64,000 nucleotides of DNA. Origin: Eledone cirrhosa. Lineage: Eukaryota. Positions within the stretch are counted from its first letter, which is position 1. Each line of letters starts with the position of its first letter. Position numbers and translations under genes: made by a program. Under the pieces are notes generated by a model. That model did not search any database. It was not told where the DNA came from and saw only the letters and a list, made by a program, of their open reading frames with translations. Positions 1 to 14,071 of the stretch are shown piece by piece. The stretch lies in assembly GCA_964016885.1 (NCBI GenBank), contig OZ024746.1, positions 40,486,001 through 40,550,000 of the forward strand, written 5' to 3'.

Positions 1-2138
1 AATGCTGGTATCATGATAAAATGTTCCCTGTACACACTGAAAAGTGGTTGGCATTTGATAAACAACCAAAACCGGAGTGTACGAGCAAGACAGTTTCAGT
101 AAATGACATCTCATCTAACTCATGCAAGTATGGAAAATAAACATTAAACAGTGATGATGATGATATATGTGTTTGTGTGTGTATGTGTATATAAATATAT
201 TTTTTGGTCTACACATTAAACGTAGTAGTACACACTGTAAAGTGGTTGGTGATAGGAAGGGCATCCAGCCACAGAAAGCTTTCCAAATAAAGGGTTTGGA
301 GGACCCTTCAGTTAAGTTAAAGACGGGACAACCTCTCTAGTGCAGATGCCAAGCTAAAATGCACTCAGTAGAGCATGTGACTGTATGTAAGCAAAATGTG
401 GGCTCCTGGCTTGTCTATAAAGTTAGTAGACTGGCTTCAGTACTAACTGTTTGTAAAAACCCATCCAACCCTTGCTAGCAGGAAGAACAGACGTCAAATG
501 ATGATGATGTATCAATGAAGATGAGTAGATTATACCATACTTATAAAAACATATAGGTTGGTGCCAAGAGGGGCATCTAGCTGTAGAAAAACTATTTCAA
601 AAAGACTTGACCAACTCATGCCAACTTGGTGAAATGGCTGTAAAATCAATGATCTCTCTCTCTCTGTATGAGAGGGGGGGGGGGATAATTAGAGTGGCAG
701 AGGAGTACATAAAATCATAAAAACACTTTTTTGCTAAAAGTGGGCAATTTTTTTTTTTTTGGCAACTACACTAGTATATTCATTTTACCAATCCAAGAAG
801 GATAAAAATTTAAGTCAATAAGCCAGACACAGCAAAGCATCCAATCCAGTGTCCAAGCATTCACAACCTTGGAACAAAACCAAGTATTGGAGCAAACATA
901 TAGTTGATTTAATTGACCCCGGTATTAAACTAAATTAAGCCTCCAAGGCTATAACTACCACCAAATCTCTCTCAAATTAAACCTACCGTCTTAAAAAGGG
1001 AACAATATGTTCGATAAGATGTTCCTGTATACACTATGCCTTAAAAATTATTATTGCTTAAATATATTTGATCATGGGTCTGCTCAATCAAGGTTAACCT
1101 GGAGTTAACTAATAACAAAAAATTGTAGTTGTTTGATCAACAATGTAAAGATTAAATTCAAAGATGATCCCTACCTCTCTCAGCAGGATCTGAACATGAA
1201 ATGTAACTAAATACTACAGGACATTTTTGTTCAGCACTTTCCTGCTTCTGCCATCCACCACTTTTTCTACCTTCCATTTATAAAATAACATGTTAATTAT
1301 GTAGCCCTAGATACTTCTAAAAAGGTGGAATAGTCAAAGCTATGATGTCTTTGGCTGACCTGGAGCTAAACAACAACAGCTCATAATTAAAACCATGTAA
1401 TTAGAAATTTTCATTAAATTATCAAATTATTATTGATTTCCTAATTAGGCATCAGGATAATTGTTGAATGTGCAGGGACAGGTGGTTGTAATATATTTCA
1501 ATTATGCTTGCAGGTATAGTTGAGTAGTTAAGTTTCCTTCATAATCCCTGAGATCCTGGGTTCAATCCCACTGCATGGCATCTTTAGCAAGTGTCATTGC
1601 TATAACCATAGATCAACCCTTGCCTTGTGAGGGAAATTGGGTTGATGGAAACTGTGGAGGTCTGTTGGATTGATTGTAGAAACTTGTAATTCAAATATGC
1701 AATCTTGTCACATACTGTGTCATGCAGATTTAACCTAAGAATTACTGTCAGGGTACATGTGGCTATGGAATACTCAACCATTTTCCCATTAATTTAATGA
1801 GTAATTAAATCAGTTGATTGATCACCTGAATGCTTATTGTCAAAACCACAGAAGATCCATTGCAGGCACTCAGGAAAATAATTATTAATTAAATGCTTGA
1901 AACAATATGTATAATATTTTTTGAACTGCAGAAGGTGGTAGATTGGCAGAATTGGTAGAACATCGGATAAAATGCCATTACGGTATTTGTTCTGAGTTCA
2001 ATTTTTACTGAGATCAATTTTGCCTTTCATCCAATATCGTGTTGATAAAATAAAGTGCCAGGCATGTCTTGGGGTTGATTTAACCAACTTTGTCCTTCCC
2101 CCAAATTTTCTGGCCTTGTGCCTAAATAAAAATTGCAG

Positions 2139-2139
<1 letters not shown>

Positions 2140-2172
<33 letters not shown>

Positions 2173-3825
2173 TGTTTAACGTCCATTTTCCACGCTAGCA
2201 TGGGGTAGACGGGAGTTGTTCCACTTGGGGCAAGGTTGGTCGGGTGACCATGTCTCGCTCATATAGGACTATCTGGCAGGTTTTCTACGGCTGGATGCCC
2301 TTCCTAACACCAACCACATTTACAGTGTGGAACTGGCAACTTTTTACCGTGTTACCTATACGGCCACGTTACAGCGTGGACTGTTGTATTTTCTCATGAC
2401 ACTTACACGATCTCGATCTCATTTATTTGGACTGGATGTTGTGGTACCAACTTTATAGAGAGGGGGTGGTGTTGGTGGAAGTAGGAGGATAGGGTAGGGG
2501 TAGTGGGTTGGGGTGTATATTTGGTTAAGAGGTGCCTACTGGCTGTAGGTTTTGCTTTGTACATAGGCAAGGCGGGTCTTCTGTATTACTGCGTGGCGCC
2601 AAAGATCTCGGTCCAGTGACATTGTCTTAGAGAGGTGCAAGTGTGTAAGGTCGGAATTTATCAGATCGTCCCAGGTTTTTCTGGGTCTACCTACTCCGTA
2701 ACTACCATCAATTTTGATCGCCCTGCACTTTTTTATACAGCTGTCGCCTTTCATGCACATCACGTGGCCATACCAACGTAGTCTTCTCTCGAGTAATCAG
2801 CATCTGATCCCTCTTATTCCTAATTTCTCACTTAGTTCATTTATGCTTTGCCGTTCACGTATGTTACTATTACACATCGAACGGAGCATGCATGCTTCGT
2901 TCCTTTCGAGTCTACGCAAGCCCAGGTCTCACTGCCATGTAACATTGCTGTTCGTATACAAGCATCATACAATCTGCCTTTCATTTTTAGAGAGAAACCT
3001 TTTGTGGCCAACAGCGGTATAAGCTCTCTGAACTTTTTCCATCCCATTCTGACTCTGGCTACTGTACTTTCAGAACACCCTCCACCACTGCTGATTTTGT
3101 CACCCAGGTAACGGAAAGTGTCTACTATTTCTATAGAATCATCTGGGCAATAGAAGGGGCTAGTATCCTGTGGGCACTTGCTACTTATCGCACCTGAGCA
3201 TTGGCCACATATAAAGTCTACGTTCTTAGATAGTTCACCTGTGATCCCACTACATCTTTTATGTACCCATACTTTGCATTTGGGACATAAAATTGAATTT
3301 CTGCCTATTCCTTTCCTACACACTGAGCAAGGCCATTTCCCTGAGTGTACCTGTGCCTTATTTTCCTTTCTATAAACTAGGACTGTAGTCTTAGACAAGT
3401 TAACTTTAAGGCCTTTTGATTCTAGGCCATGCTTCCATGTTTGGAATTTCTTTTCTAGTTCAGCCATTGATTCAGCTATGAGCGTTAGATCATCTGTGTA
3501 CAGGAGTTCCCATGGGCAGCCGGTCTTGAACTCCTCTGTTATAGCCTGAAGGGCAATAATAAATAGGAGGGGGCTAAGGACAGAGCCTTGGTGAACACCA
3601 ACTTTTACACTAAATTCTTCACAATATTCATTGTTAATTCTAACCTTACTGACTGTTTCATTATACATAGCTTGTACAGCTCTCACAAGCCATTCATCTA
3701 CATCTAGTTTTCTAAGAGCCCACCAGATAATGGAACGGGGGACTCTGTCAAAGGCTTTTTCCAGGTCTACAAAAGCTAAGTAGAGGGGTTTACTTTTAGC
3801 TAGGTACTTCTCTTGTAGTTGTCTT
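2140..3825 (-). mobile_element. RTE-clade LINE, 5'-truncated (RT, PHD-like finger, 3' UTR, (GAT)n tail)
   Basis: RT motifs AFVDLEKAFDRVPR, VGVHQGSVLSPLLF and LLYTDDL; RTE C-terminal GRPRKTW; frameshifted; ends in (GAT)n. Confidence 0.92.
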
Positions 3826-3985
3826 CATAAATATATTTTAAAGAATCCTTGACTTGATGCATGGAATTAAAATTCTCCATTAGATTGTTAAACTGCAAGT
3901 ATCTGAGTCAACAAATGTGTGGTGTCATTACATGGTCATTTAACATGTTAGAAATAGTCACCCAAGCCTCTGTTAAATCACTGTC

Positions 3986-4211
3986 TTAACCCTTTGGCAT
4001 TTAAACTGGCCGTATCCGGCCAAAATTCTCTCACCTCTTTCTGTTCAAACCAGCTGTAACCAGCCACTCATACTGATGTTAAGGTATTGTTCTGAAAATG
4101 AATATCAAAATCTCATAGATTCAATATTATGTGAGATAATTATATAAGGTAAAGTCTTTACTGTGAAAATACAATAGTAAATATAGAGTAATGGAAATGC
4201 TAAAGAGTTAA
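3986..4211. mobile_element. piggyBac-type MITE family 1 (~220 bp); other copies at about 5491-5704, 8599-8822, 12869-13024, 15670-15889, 35272-35482, 35842-36045, 41472-41590 (partial), 56602-56808
   Basis: Consensus ends TTAA|CCCTTTAGCATT...AATGCTAAAGGG|TTAA with a conserved internal sequence, found in both orientations. Confidence 0.85.
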
Positions 4212-7200
4212 ATAAAAGAAAAGAACACAGCTATTCTGGAGTATACAATGCTTGTTTTGTTCACAAGGTGATCCTTGACAGAGAGGGAGGTGGTATACAG
4301 TGATGGTGGGACAAGTATTTTATATATTTTCATTTCTTAAACAAATGCCAGGTTTTGACCCAATAGTTCAGGTGAACCACCACTTGTGAGTCAATATTAA
4401 TCACCCTTGGTTCTATAATACAGAGCAGCAGGAGCAATATTATAGGGATTTCATTGACAACTGTATGGGACTGAAAGACAAAGTTAACCCAACCACCCAA
4501 TGGTAAATTGTGGTATTGGTTTTTGCTTTCTATACTCTGACTTCAAATCCTGATGAGGTGGCATAACTAATGGGGAGAGGGGGAAAATCATCCCTGGTAT
4601 CACTTTTTGGGACTGTTGTATAAACCTCTAAAGTTGAGGGTAGGGGTTGCAAGCTCAAGGGTTGCCTCAGGCAACACACACACACTATCTTTGCCACAGG
4701 ATTGATAAAATAAAGTATCGGTTCAAGGTAGTAGATTACTGGAATTGTTAGGGTGTCAGATATAATGTCTTGCAATATTCCTTCTGTCCCCTTGCCTTCT
4801 CCGTTCATATCCCACTGTGGCTTTCTTGTGTAGTAAACTTGATCCATAGCTTGATTTAACATCACCACCTGGCCCTTGAGTACTTTTAACAGAGACTACA
4901 CTGTGGCAAGCATTTAAGGCAGGTCTTTGCTTTGAGGATATTTTTTCCTTTACTTTTCACCAATCTTAGAGGCCCCAAAAAGGAGCATGAATAAACAGTA
5001 AAAAATATAGATTTAATTTAGAACATAGAAAGACATAACTAAACACTGCAAAATATTTTGTCTGTTGTCAATAAATCTTCAATTATATCTTCATTGCTAT
5101 ACATTGGTTTTGCTAATTTTGGCTTAGATATTGACACCAGACTTTCACTGTCAAGATCAACTCACTCTGCTGAGTTTAGAGTTGACCCTTCATATAATTC
5201 TATTGAGGAACCTTGAGATTCTCTTGTATCCTTACTGCAAGGTCTTGAACCATAGTGCTGTAGTTTGTGCAAGAAATATTACACGTGATTTGCTAGGTCT
5301 ACATACAAAGTATGAGATGATTTCTGTCTGACCTCTTGTTGTGGGAGATCTCCTCGTTGGTGTGAAGTTTACCTAAGGGCAATGGATAAGGACAAGGATT
5401 TGCTAATTTTATAAATAGAATTCAATATTCTCTTTAACTATTTGATGTGTTGTTGATTCTATTGGTTTACTCTTTTATTGGTTTCATTCATTAACCATTT
5501 AACATTTGCGTTACTCTATATTTACTATTGTATTTTCAAGGTAAAGGCTTTCTCACATAATATCGAATCTATGAGATTTTGATATTACTCATTTTGAGAA
5601 CAATACCTTAACATAAGTATGAGCAACCAGTTGCAGCTGGTTTGAACAGAAAGCGGTGAGAGAATTCTGGCCGGATACAGTTGGTTTAAATGCTAAAGGG
5701 TTAAACTGCGGCAATGCTGGGGAACCCACTTGTCAATCATATAGACCCCAGGACGTTTTTTGTTTTTTTTTCCAAATCTTGTATTTTATCATTCTCTTTT
5801 TGTCAAGAACACACATACATGATGGTGTTCTGCAGTTTCTATCTACTAAATGTCCCTATAGTTGAACATACTTACCAATGGTGCTACACAGTAGGACTAA
5901 ATTTAAAGTTATGTGGTGGCAAAGCCAACCCCCACACAGCCATAATTTATTAAATGTGTACAAATAATAAATATTGACATTAAAGAAAGAAAATTTACAA
6001 TTAGTTTCTTTTTTATTTTATTTTAAATGTTAAAAAGCAAAGATTATTAGCATCTTTTTTTATGTAAACACAAAATTTCAACCAACCAATCAATCAATAT
6101 TTAATTTGAACACTTCAAAGACAGGGGAGGTAAGTAGCAGGGGCAGGGAGTAGCTGAAAAGGTAACCTGCCAGACTAATTAAATACTTTACAGTATTCAG
6201 TTTGTATTCTGTGTTCAAATCTTGTTAAGGGTTTACTTTGTTTTTCAACTCCATTCAAGTGTCCATGAATAAGTATTATTAATGTTGTTGTAACTTAAAT
6301 ATGAGCCAGTCCTTATCATGTAGACTTAAGATAAAAGACATTCCAGCCATGACCATTCTGATTCTGCCTTTTTGTATATTTGGAGCTACATTCTCCAATG
6401 CATTCATGCCTATTTTAAGGTCATCTGTAATGTGAATAAAGTGATAACTGCAACAAGGAAATGGAACTGGGTCACAGACTAGATAGCAATAACTTTTGTC
6501 CCCCTCAGTGATGCTCATTTGCCAAAGATGTAAATATATCTTTATTCTTTCCTATTGCCAAAACAAACTTTTTTTTATTCTTTATATTCAAAAGATACCA
6601 AAAGAACATTCACCACAGTTAAAAATATCAAAAACAACAAATAATAAAAAAGAAAGAAAATGACTTGGTGTTGCTAGGAAAACATGATGATCTGAAATAG
6701 CTAAAATCAAAAGTATGAATTCTGATTAAAAGCTTACACAGACATCCTTTATGAAGGACAAATTACCACGTAACCAATGATAATTCATTCACACACTGCA
6801 GTGTTGAGAAACTAACAATTAGGACTGGGGTGCTGTAATAAAATTCTGCTGGAGTAATTGATTTATTTACATCCCATATTTGCATCCATGGTTTGCTTGT
6901 TCGTTAAATCAATCTTTAAAATGATAATTCTAGTTCTGCTGGAACAAAAGATGCTCCATCATAATTTGGAGTGCTTCATCATTATTATTGTTGTTATTAT
7001 TATTATTGTTTGTTTTCATTTGAAAGACTTATAAATATTAAAGCATATGCACATCCTCTCTCTCTCTCTCTCTTTGTTTTTACCATCTCCATCCCTATTG
7101 CAGCAACACCAAGATCCAATGCAAAATGAAAAGTCAAGGTGACCAGTTGATATTAGATACAAGAGTTTCAGTGGAAATTGGCAAATAAACACCAATTTCA

Positions 7201-10076
7201 TTAAGCTCTCCACTAAACAATTCTGTTTCATTTTCAATATTTTGTCGTTTGTTTTTGAAATTATTAGTCTATTCATTGCCTGTGCTTCATAAATTTTAAG
7301 TGTATTGCTCTATTACAAAACATTTGTGTATACCATCATCATTATCATTATTATAGCATGGGTCAGTGGATTGGCAGTATCGGTAGAGGGTCAGATGCTA
7401 TGCTTTACAGCACAGTTATGGCCCTTTATGGTCTGAGTTCAAATCCTGCCGAGGTTAACTTTGCCTTTCATCCTTACGAGATCGATAAAATAAAGCACCA
7501 GTAATGCAGTGGGATAATTGCTGGCCTTGTGCCAAAAGTAGAAACAATTATTATAGCATGGGTAATAAAGTAGTAGAGTTTATACCATGAAAAAAACACC
7601 CAGTCCACCCTATCAAGTAGTAGTGGCAGTGCTAGGAGAAAATGAACCCAGTGCACATAGTGAAGTTGGTGGAGTTAGGAAGGGCATCCAACCATAGAAA
7701 CCAAACCAAAATGGAATGAATGAGCAAGACATAGTAGTCTGGTTGCCTCTTTGACCTCAGAGCATGACAACTCATTTAACCCATGCAAGTATTGAAAATA
7801 GATGTAAGATGGAAATGATGGCTATAAGAGCCATCAATGGACCTGTAATTTTTCTCTAAAAAACATTTTTCCATTTCTACCCTGCCCATCTCAATCTTTT
7901 TATTTCTTTAATTTCTCATTCTTTCTTCTGATGAAGGACTAGTGTCTGAAATGTTAAGACTCTTTTCCTACTATGTCAAGCGTAAAACTAATATATTTCT
8001 TCATTGCACTATGTTGTTTGCTTTGTTATTCCTGTTTGCCTTTGCACGCCTGCATGCACACATACAATTTACAAAAGTCACATCACCAATGTTATTTCAG
8101 CGACCTCTATATATATAATGTAGTGCTTTTAATTCAACCCACACACTACACAATATTATTATTAGTCTCCTTAAATGTTATTGATATGTTGCCCTACTTC
8201 TTTTAATCAATTCTATTCTTCACATTGTACAGACATCTAATAGCTTCATCTGTGACATTTAGACTGCTAAAATTACCACTTTTACCTTTCAAAGCTCCTT
8301 TTATTGATAATGGTCAATAAGAAAAGATAATAACAATTTTTTGTTTATATACAAAAAAACCTCCTTTTATATCAATCTGAAATTATCCTATCTCTACCAA
8401 ATCCATTTTGTATGTTTTCACCAGATTTGAAAACAATCATTTGACACCCTGGCCATTTTAGTATCTCTTCCACAACGCAATACAAGATAGCAGAATACAC
8501 AGATCACCATCAGGCCAACAAGGAAACCTTTAAGTGGTCATTAAATTTACTTAAAACAGTGACCATATCTACTTCAAATCACACCTAAACCTTACCATCT
8601 TAATCCTTTAGCATTTAAACCGGTTGTATCCAGCCAGAATTCTCTCACCTCTTTCTGTTCAAACCGGCTGTTACTAGCCACTCATACGATGTTAGGTATT
8701 GTTCTCGAAATAGATATCAGAATCTCATAGATTCAATATTATGTGAGATATGATGTAAGATGAAGCCTTTACCACGAAAATACAATAGTAAATATAGTGT
8801 AATGTAAATACTAAAGGGTTAAATAATGATGTAGTTCTACACACCTTATTAAACCTTTTGATACCAAAACTACATGAATGTGCCACCTCTGATCTATGAT
8901 ATAAACTATCTGTTTTATATGTTCATACTTTTATTCAATCCTTCCAACATAATTTTATCTAAGAAATGTTTAAGTTATGTTGCAAAATCTAGCTTAGTAA
9001 TGAAAAGGTTAGTTATCTCAATTCCTCAAAATATTTGATTATTTTCAGAATTAGTTAAAACAGATTAATACATTAGAAATATGGTAATGAAAAGGTTAAA
9101 GTAGATACAACACTGAAATGTCTTTGATCTCATATATCTGCTCACTCAGGGCTAACATGGAGCCAAACAACAATATTGGTTGTTATAGACCTGATATATT
9201 ATTGTTAGGCAAAAGAATAATTTTCTACTTTTGGCACAAGGCCAGCAATTACCCCACTGCATTACGGGTGCTTTATTTTATCAACCCCATAAGGATGAAA
9301 GGCAAAGTTAACCTCGGCGGGATTTGAACTCAGACCATAAAGGGCCGTAACTCTATGCTGCAAAGCATAGCATCTGACACCCTACTGATACTGCCAATCC
9401 AAAGGATAATGAAACTAATAAAAGTTTCATTTTCTTTGGGGGAATCCAAAATGACGGCACATCTTATAAACATTCTTACTCTTACTCTCCAGGGTTCTCC
9501 AGGTGCAGTTTTGTGATACCAACACTAAGGGGGTTGTTATGTCTCTGACACAGCTGAGAGTCCAGTTGACCCTTTGTATGGCAAATTTTCTGCTATTAGA
9601 TGCCCTTCCTATCACCAACCACTTTACAGATTATATTGGGTGTATTTAGCATGAAGATCTCCAACACTAACAAGATTATTATGCCCTTGTAAGTACTGAA
9701 GAATCCTCTTTACCCTTTGTGACCCTTCTGCAACAATTAGTCCATAGTAGGGTTGGTTCATGAAAGAGTTTAATAAGTTCAATAGCTATAAGGAAAGTAA
9801 CAATATCCCTTTCTATCTCTTCTTCACTCTGACAAAGGACAAAGACTTGAAACATCAGATGTTTTTTTTTTTTCATTCTTCATTCCAGTTGAACTTACTG
9901 AACCATTGTGTAAACATAGATATGACAGTAGCATCTGGCAATGACCAGATAGTACAGATGGATAATTACCATGAACAGTCATCAATCAAGTAGATAAATG
10001 TGACCACTCTCTTACTGTAATTGAAGACACATTTGAATGGTTCCCCACTACCACACTATATCTACTATAAATAGGT

Positions 10077-10650
10077 CTCTCTCTTTCTCACTCGCTTCCT
10101 CTCTCTCTCTCTCTCTCACTCACTCGCCTCTTCTCTCTCACTCACTCGCCTCTTCTCTCTCACTCACTCGCCTCTTCTCTCTCACTCACTCGCCTCTTCT
10201 CTCTCACTCACTCGCCTCTTCTCTCTCTCTCTCACTCACTTGCCTCCTCTCTCTCTCACACTCACTTGCCTCCTCTCTCTCTCACTCACTTGCCTCCTCT
10301 CTCTCTCACTCACTCGCCTCTTCTCTCTCACTCACTCGCCTCTTCTCTCTCACTCACTCGCCTCTTCTCTCTCACTCACTCGCCTCTTCTCTCTCACTCA
10401 CTCGCCTCTTCTCTCTCTCTCACTCACCTCTTCTCTCTCTCTCACTCACTCGCCTCTTCTCTCTCTCTCACTCACTCGCCTCTTCTCTCTCTCACTCACT
10501 CGCCTCTTCTCTCTCTCTCACTCACTCGCCTCTTCTCTCTCTCACTCACTCGCCTCCTCTCTCTCTCTTTCACTCGCCCCCTCTCTCTCGCAGCCTCTCT
10601 CTCTTTCTCTCTTTGTTGCCACTTCTGTCTGTCTTTCTCTCTCTCTATTG
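10077..10650. repeat. Pyrimidine-rich minisatellite, unit ~22-28 nt (CTCACTCACTCGCCTCTT(CT)n)
   Basis: About 20 tandem units; explains the S/L/H-rich ORFs in all three plus frames. Confidence 0.95.
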
Positions 10651-10681
10651 TCATGAGTTGCTGTGAAGACTTGAATCTGTT

Positions 10682-10715
<34 letters not shown>

Positions 10716-13697
10716 AATTATTTAGCTATTGGTTTCAGTTCTAAAGTTACACACTTTGAACAGTAAATATATTTAATTACAAATAATACAATTATATCAT
10801 CATCCTCACCTTCTTTCTCTTCTAGCAAGGGTTGAACTGGTTGTCACAGATCAAATCAGTACTTACTTAATCAGAGCCATTGATCACTCAAACGGGCTGG
10901 GACCTCATCTCACTTACATAGTTTTCTGTACTCTATAGAGTGTCACATACAGTTTATCATAGCAACATTTCTAGGGAGGTCTCATGTCCTTGACACAACC
11001 AAAGAGTCCTCTCATCCCTTTGTTTGGCAAGTTTACAATTCTGAAAACACACTTTGAACAAAATTGTAATAATTGTAAAACGTGGTGTTTTTATCAGATG
11101 CTACCACAGGACAAATGGGACACTTGTTAAAAATATAACAAAGATGTTGGGATATTACCCTATATTTTGAGATAACTTGAGGATATTTTGAGGAAACTTA
11201 TTCAGAGCAGCATATCATGTGTTGCTCTTATGTTGCCATATATCTTATTTGCATTGTGTTAGCTTTCTAAAAATACACTATTTTCTACACTTTACAAAAT
11301 GCTTCAAGCAAACTACAACACCATGGATTAATTGTAATTAATTAAAATAAATAGAATTAATGCAATTAATAATCTTAGTTTTGTTGGGAAGGCATCTGAA
11401 GTAAATTGTTCTTTATAAATATATGTTGCTCTTCTTGTTCTTATTGAGTCGTGTGAGGCATTGACAAAGTTTGAGCTCCAGAGTCCTCAATTGGCCATTA
11501 CAGCATGCAGATCTATTCCATTGAGTCTTGTATCCATTTCAATAATTGATTGCAAGGTGATATACGACCATAATGAACCCGCTGGAAAATTGCTCCGCTG
11601 GACTCTGGATGCAAAGAGACTAGTTGGCTGGCTCTAAATATATATTAGAATTATCAATTTACCATCGGTTAAACATAATACAATGATGTTGGGGCAGTAT
11701 TTTTGATAAAGATAAAAGGAAAACATGTGGTAAAACACCAAAAGTCATTCCAGGAACTGGCAGTCATCAAATTTTAATATTTTAACTGGAACATTTAAAA
11801 AATTGCAAATCTTAGCAAAATGAATTATAGAATATTGGGTCTCTCCAACCCATCTAGTGATAGACTGCGACAACTTGTCCAACCTATTCCAGCATGGAAT
11901 GTGGGCGTAAAATGATGATGATGGTGATATGTCTGTTTTCCTTGCTAGCAAGGTTTGGACATCTTGTCAAAGACTAGCCAGTGTTCAAGCATAGCTTCTG
12001 ACCTTCAGATAGGCTGGGGACTTGACATATGGTCTCGTGTTCTATCAAGTGCATTTTATCGTCGCACCAACACTAGGGAATATGTTATGGTTTTGGCATA
12101 GCTGAAGAGTCTTCCTAAGCCTTTGTTTGGCATGTTTTCTCTGGCTGAATGCTCTTCCTATCACCAACCTCTTTTCAGAATGTACTAGGTTATTGTTTGT
12201 ATGGATTTAAACTTTTAGACTTTTTGGTTTAACACCCCACCTAGCCCTTTGTTCTCTTTAATGAGGTCCACTCTGTTATAATCATTCAGATCAGATCTCT
12301 GGTTTCAGGATATTGACCTCCTTATATCTCCCTAACTCCTTCCCTCAAACCAGTTTGGGGGTGAGCGGCTGGGGCACTTCAAGAGGGTTATGGGCACTGC
12401 ACTACTTACTTCCTGGCTAAACAGTAAAAAAACAAACTAATTTAGTTTCATTGTGTGTAAGATATTTCACAACTTCTTTCATTCTCCATACAAATAGACA
12501 GAAAATGTTGCTCTGCTGCTAAGTTTTAACTTTGATCATGAGTTTCAAATATAGACACATAACAGGTCTTCTTCAATTTCACTTCACCACTTCATTAAAA
12601 CTATTTAACTAATTAACACACTATTTAAAGCAAGTGAACTTTCGATTGAAACCTTGATATTTCACTTGTTATTTATATAGTGCAATGTAATTCGAAGCTG
12701 ATTGTTATAAACAAACAAACAAACAAACACTCATCCACTCACAGAAACATTCAAACACCCACACAAATAATCTAATTTTCTGACCTAAGAATATAAATAT
12801 TTACATAGGTAAAAATTAACCATAAAAAAATAAACTAAAGCCATATACACTTCAGTTAGTTAAACTATTTAACCCCTTACCATTTACATTACTCTATATT
12901 TACTATTATATTTTCATGGTAAAGGCTTCACCTCACATAATATCGAATCTATGAGATTTTGAGAACAGAAAGAGGTGAGAGAATTCTAACCAGATATTTC
13001 CAGTTTAAATGCTAAAGAGTTAAGGTAGAGTACATAAAAAATAATAGATAGTCTAATTCATTTTGTTTTTTTTCCACATGTGATTTGGTAGTTGGGGTAA
13101 TGAACTTAGGATCATTATATAGTTGGATTCAATTGCTGGATTGGGTTGTGTGAGGTATATATGACTATGCTAGAATTGGCTTGGTTGGTGCAGGGTGGTT
13201 GTCCAGCAAGGTTTCTGTTCATTCTATTCTTGCATAATAGTTGTTTCTACTGTTAGAACAAGGCCAGCAATTACCCAGTACATTACTGGTACTTTATTTT
13301 ATCGAACCCCGTAAGTATGAAAGGCAAAGTCAACCTCGACGGGATTTGAACTCGGACCGTAAAGGGACGTAACTATGCTGGAAAGCATGGCGATAGTACT
13401 AGCAATGATGATTGACAATATATTCTTAGAGTAATACTCTCAACTAGTTAGGAATCACTAGAAGTTACTGGATATATTTTATTTTAAATTATTATGCATA
13501 CGAAAAGGATGGTGTTTTGGTAGTATTGGTAGAGTGTTGAACAAAATACTTTGCAGCATTTAGTTATGACGTTCTACATTCTGAGTTCAAATCCCACTGA
13601 GGTCAACTTTGCCTTTCATCCGTCTGGGTGAGGGGGGGATCAATAAAATTGGTGGCCTTGTGCCACATATATATATATATATAATATTATTAATAGG

Positions 13698-13890
13698 GGC
13701 GGTGGATTGGCAGTATCGGTAGAGGGTCGGACGCCATGCTTTCCAGCATAGTTACGTCCTTTTACGATCTGAGTTCAAATCCCGCCGAGGTTGACTTTGC
13801 CTTTCATCCTTACGGGGTCGATAAAATAAAGTACCAGTAATGCACTGCGTAATTGCTGGCCTTGTGCCTAAAGTAGAAACAATTATTATT
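13698..13890 (+). mobile_element. tRNA-derived SINE with Meta-like core (representative young copy; many others, e.g. 7365-7555, 9218-9400(-), 13238-13390(-), 21828-22022, 25100-25315, 33893-34495, 42322-42500(-), 53960-54470, 61176-61292)
   Basis: A-box tggcagtatcgg, B-box gagttcaaatcc, core ctttgcctttcatccttacggggtcgataaaataaagtaccag, (ATT)n tail. Confidence 0.85.
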
Positions 13891-14071
13891 ACTATATGTA
13901 GATATCAGCAACCTATATCATCGCTATTCCAATGATATCATTTTCTGGTGTGCAGAACCCCAGGTGCAAGCTAGCCTATGATCCTAGCAGACAGAATGGT
14001 GAAAGCATTACTTTGTAGGATAACGAGGAAGATGCAGTAAAAGAGCATTTCCAATATGCAGGTCTCATTCT
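13890..14071 (-). mobile_element. 5'-truncated copy of the 46410-46770 element
   Basis: About 180 bp nearly identical to 46410-46590 (about 3 substitutions seen). Confidence 0.8.

Noticed and set aside
2140-2170. Poly-His or poly-Met/Asp peptide tracts in short ORFs
   Set aside because: These are the (CAT)n/(GAT)n tails of RTE and SINE copies.
10037-10766. Three overlapping Ser/Leu/His-rich ORFs
   Set aside because: Artefact of a stop-free pyrimidine minisatellite.
13698-13790. tRNA gene
   Set aside because: A and B boxes are present, but they belong to a multi-copy SINE head and I see no complete cloverleaf.
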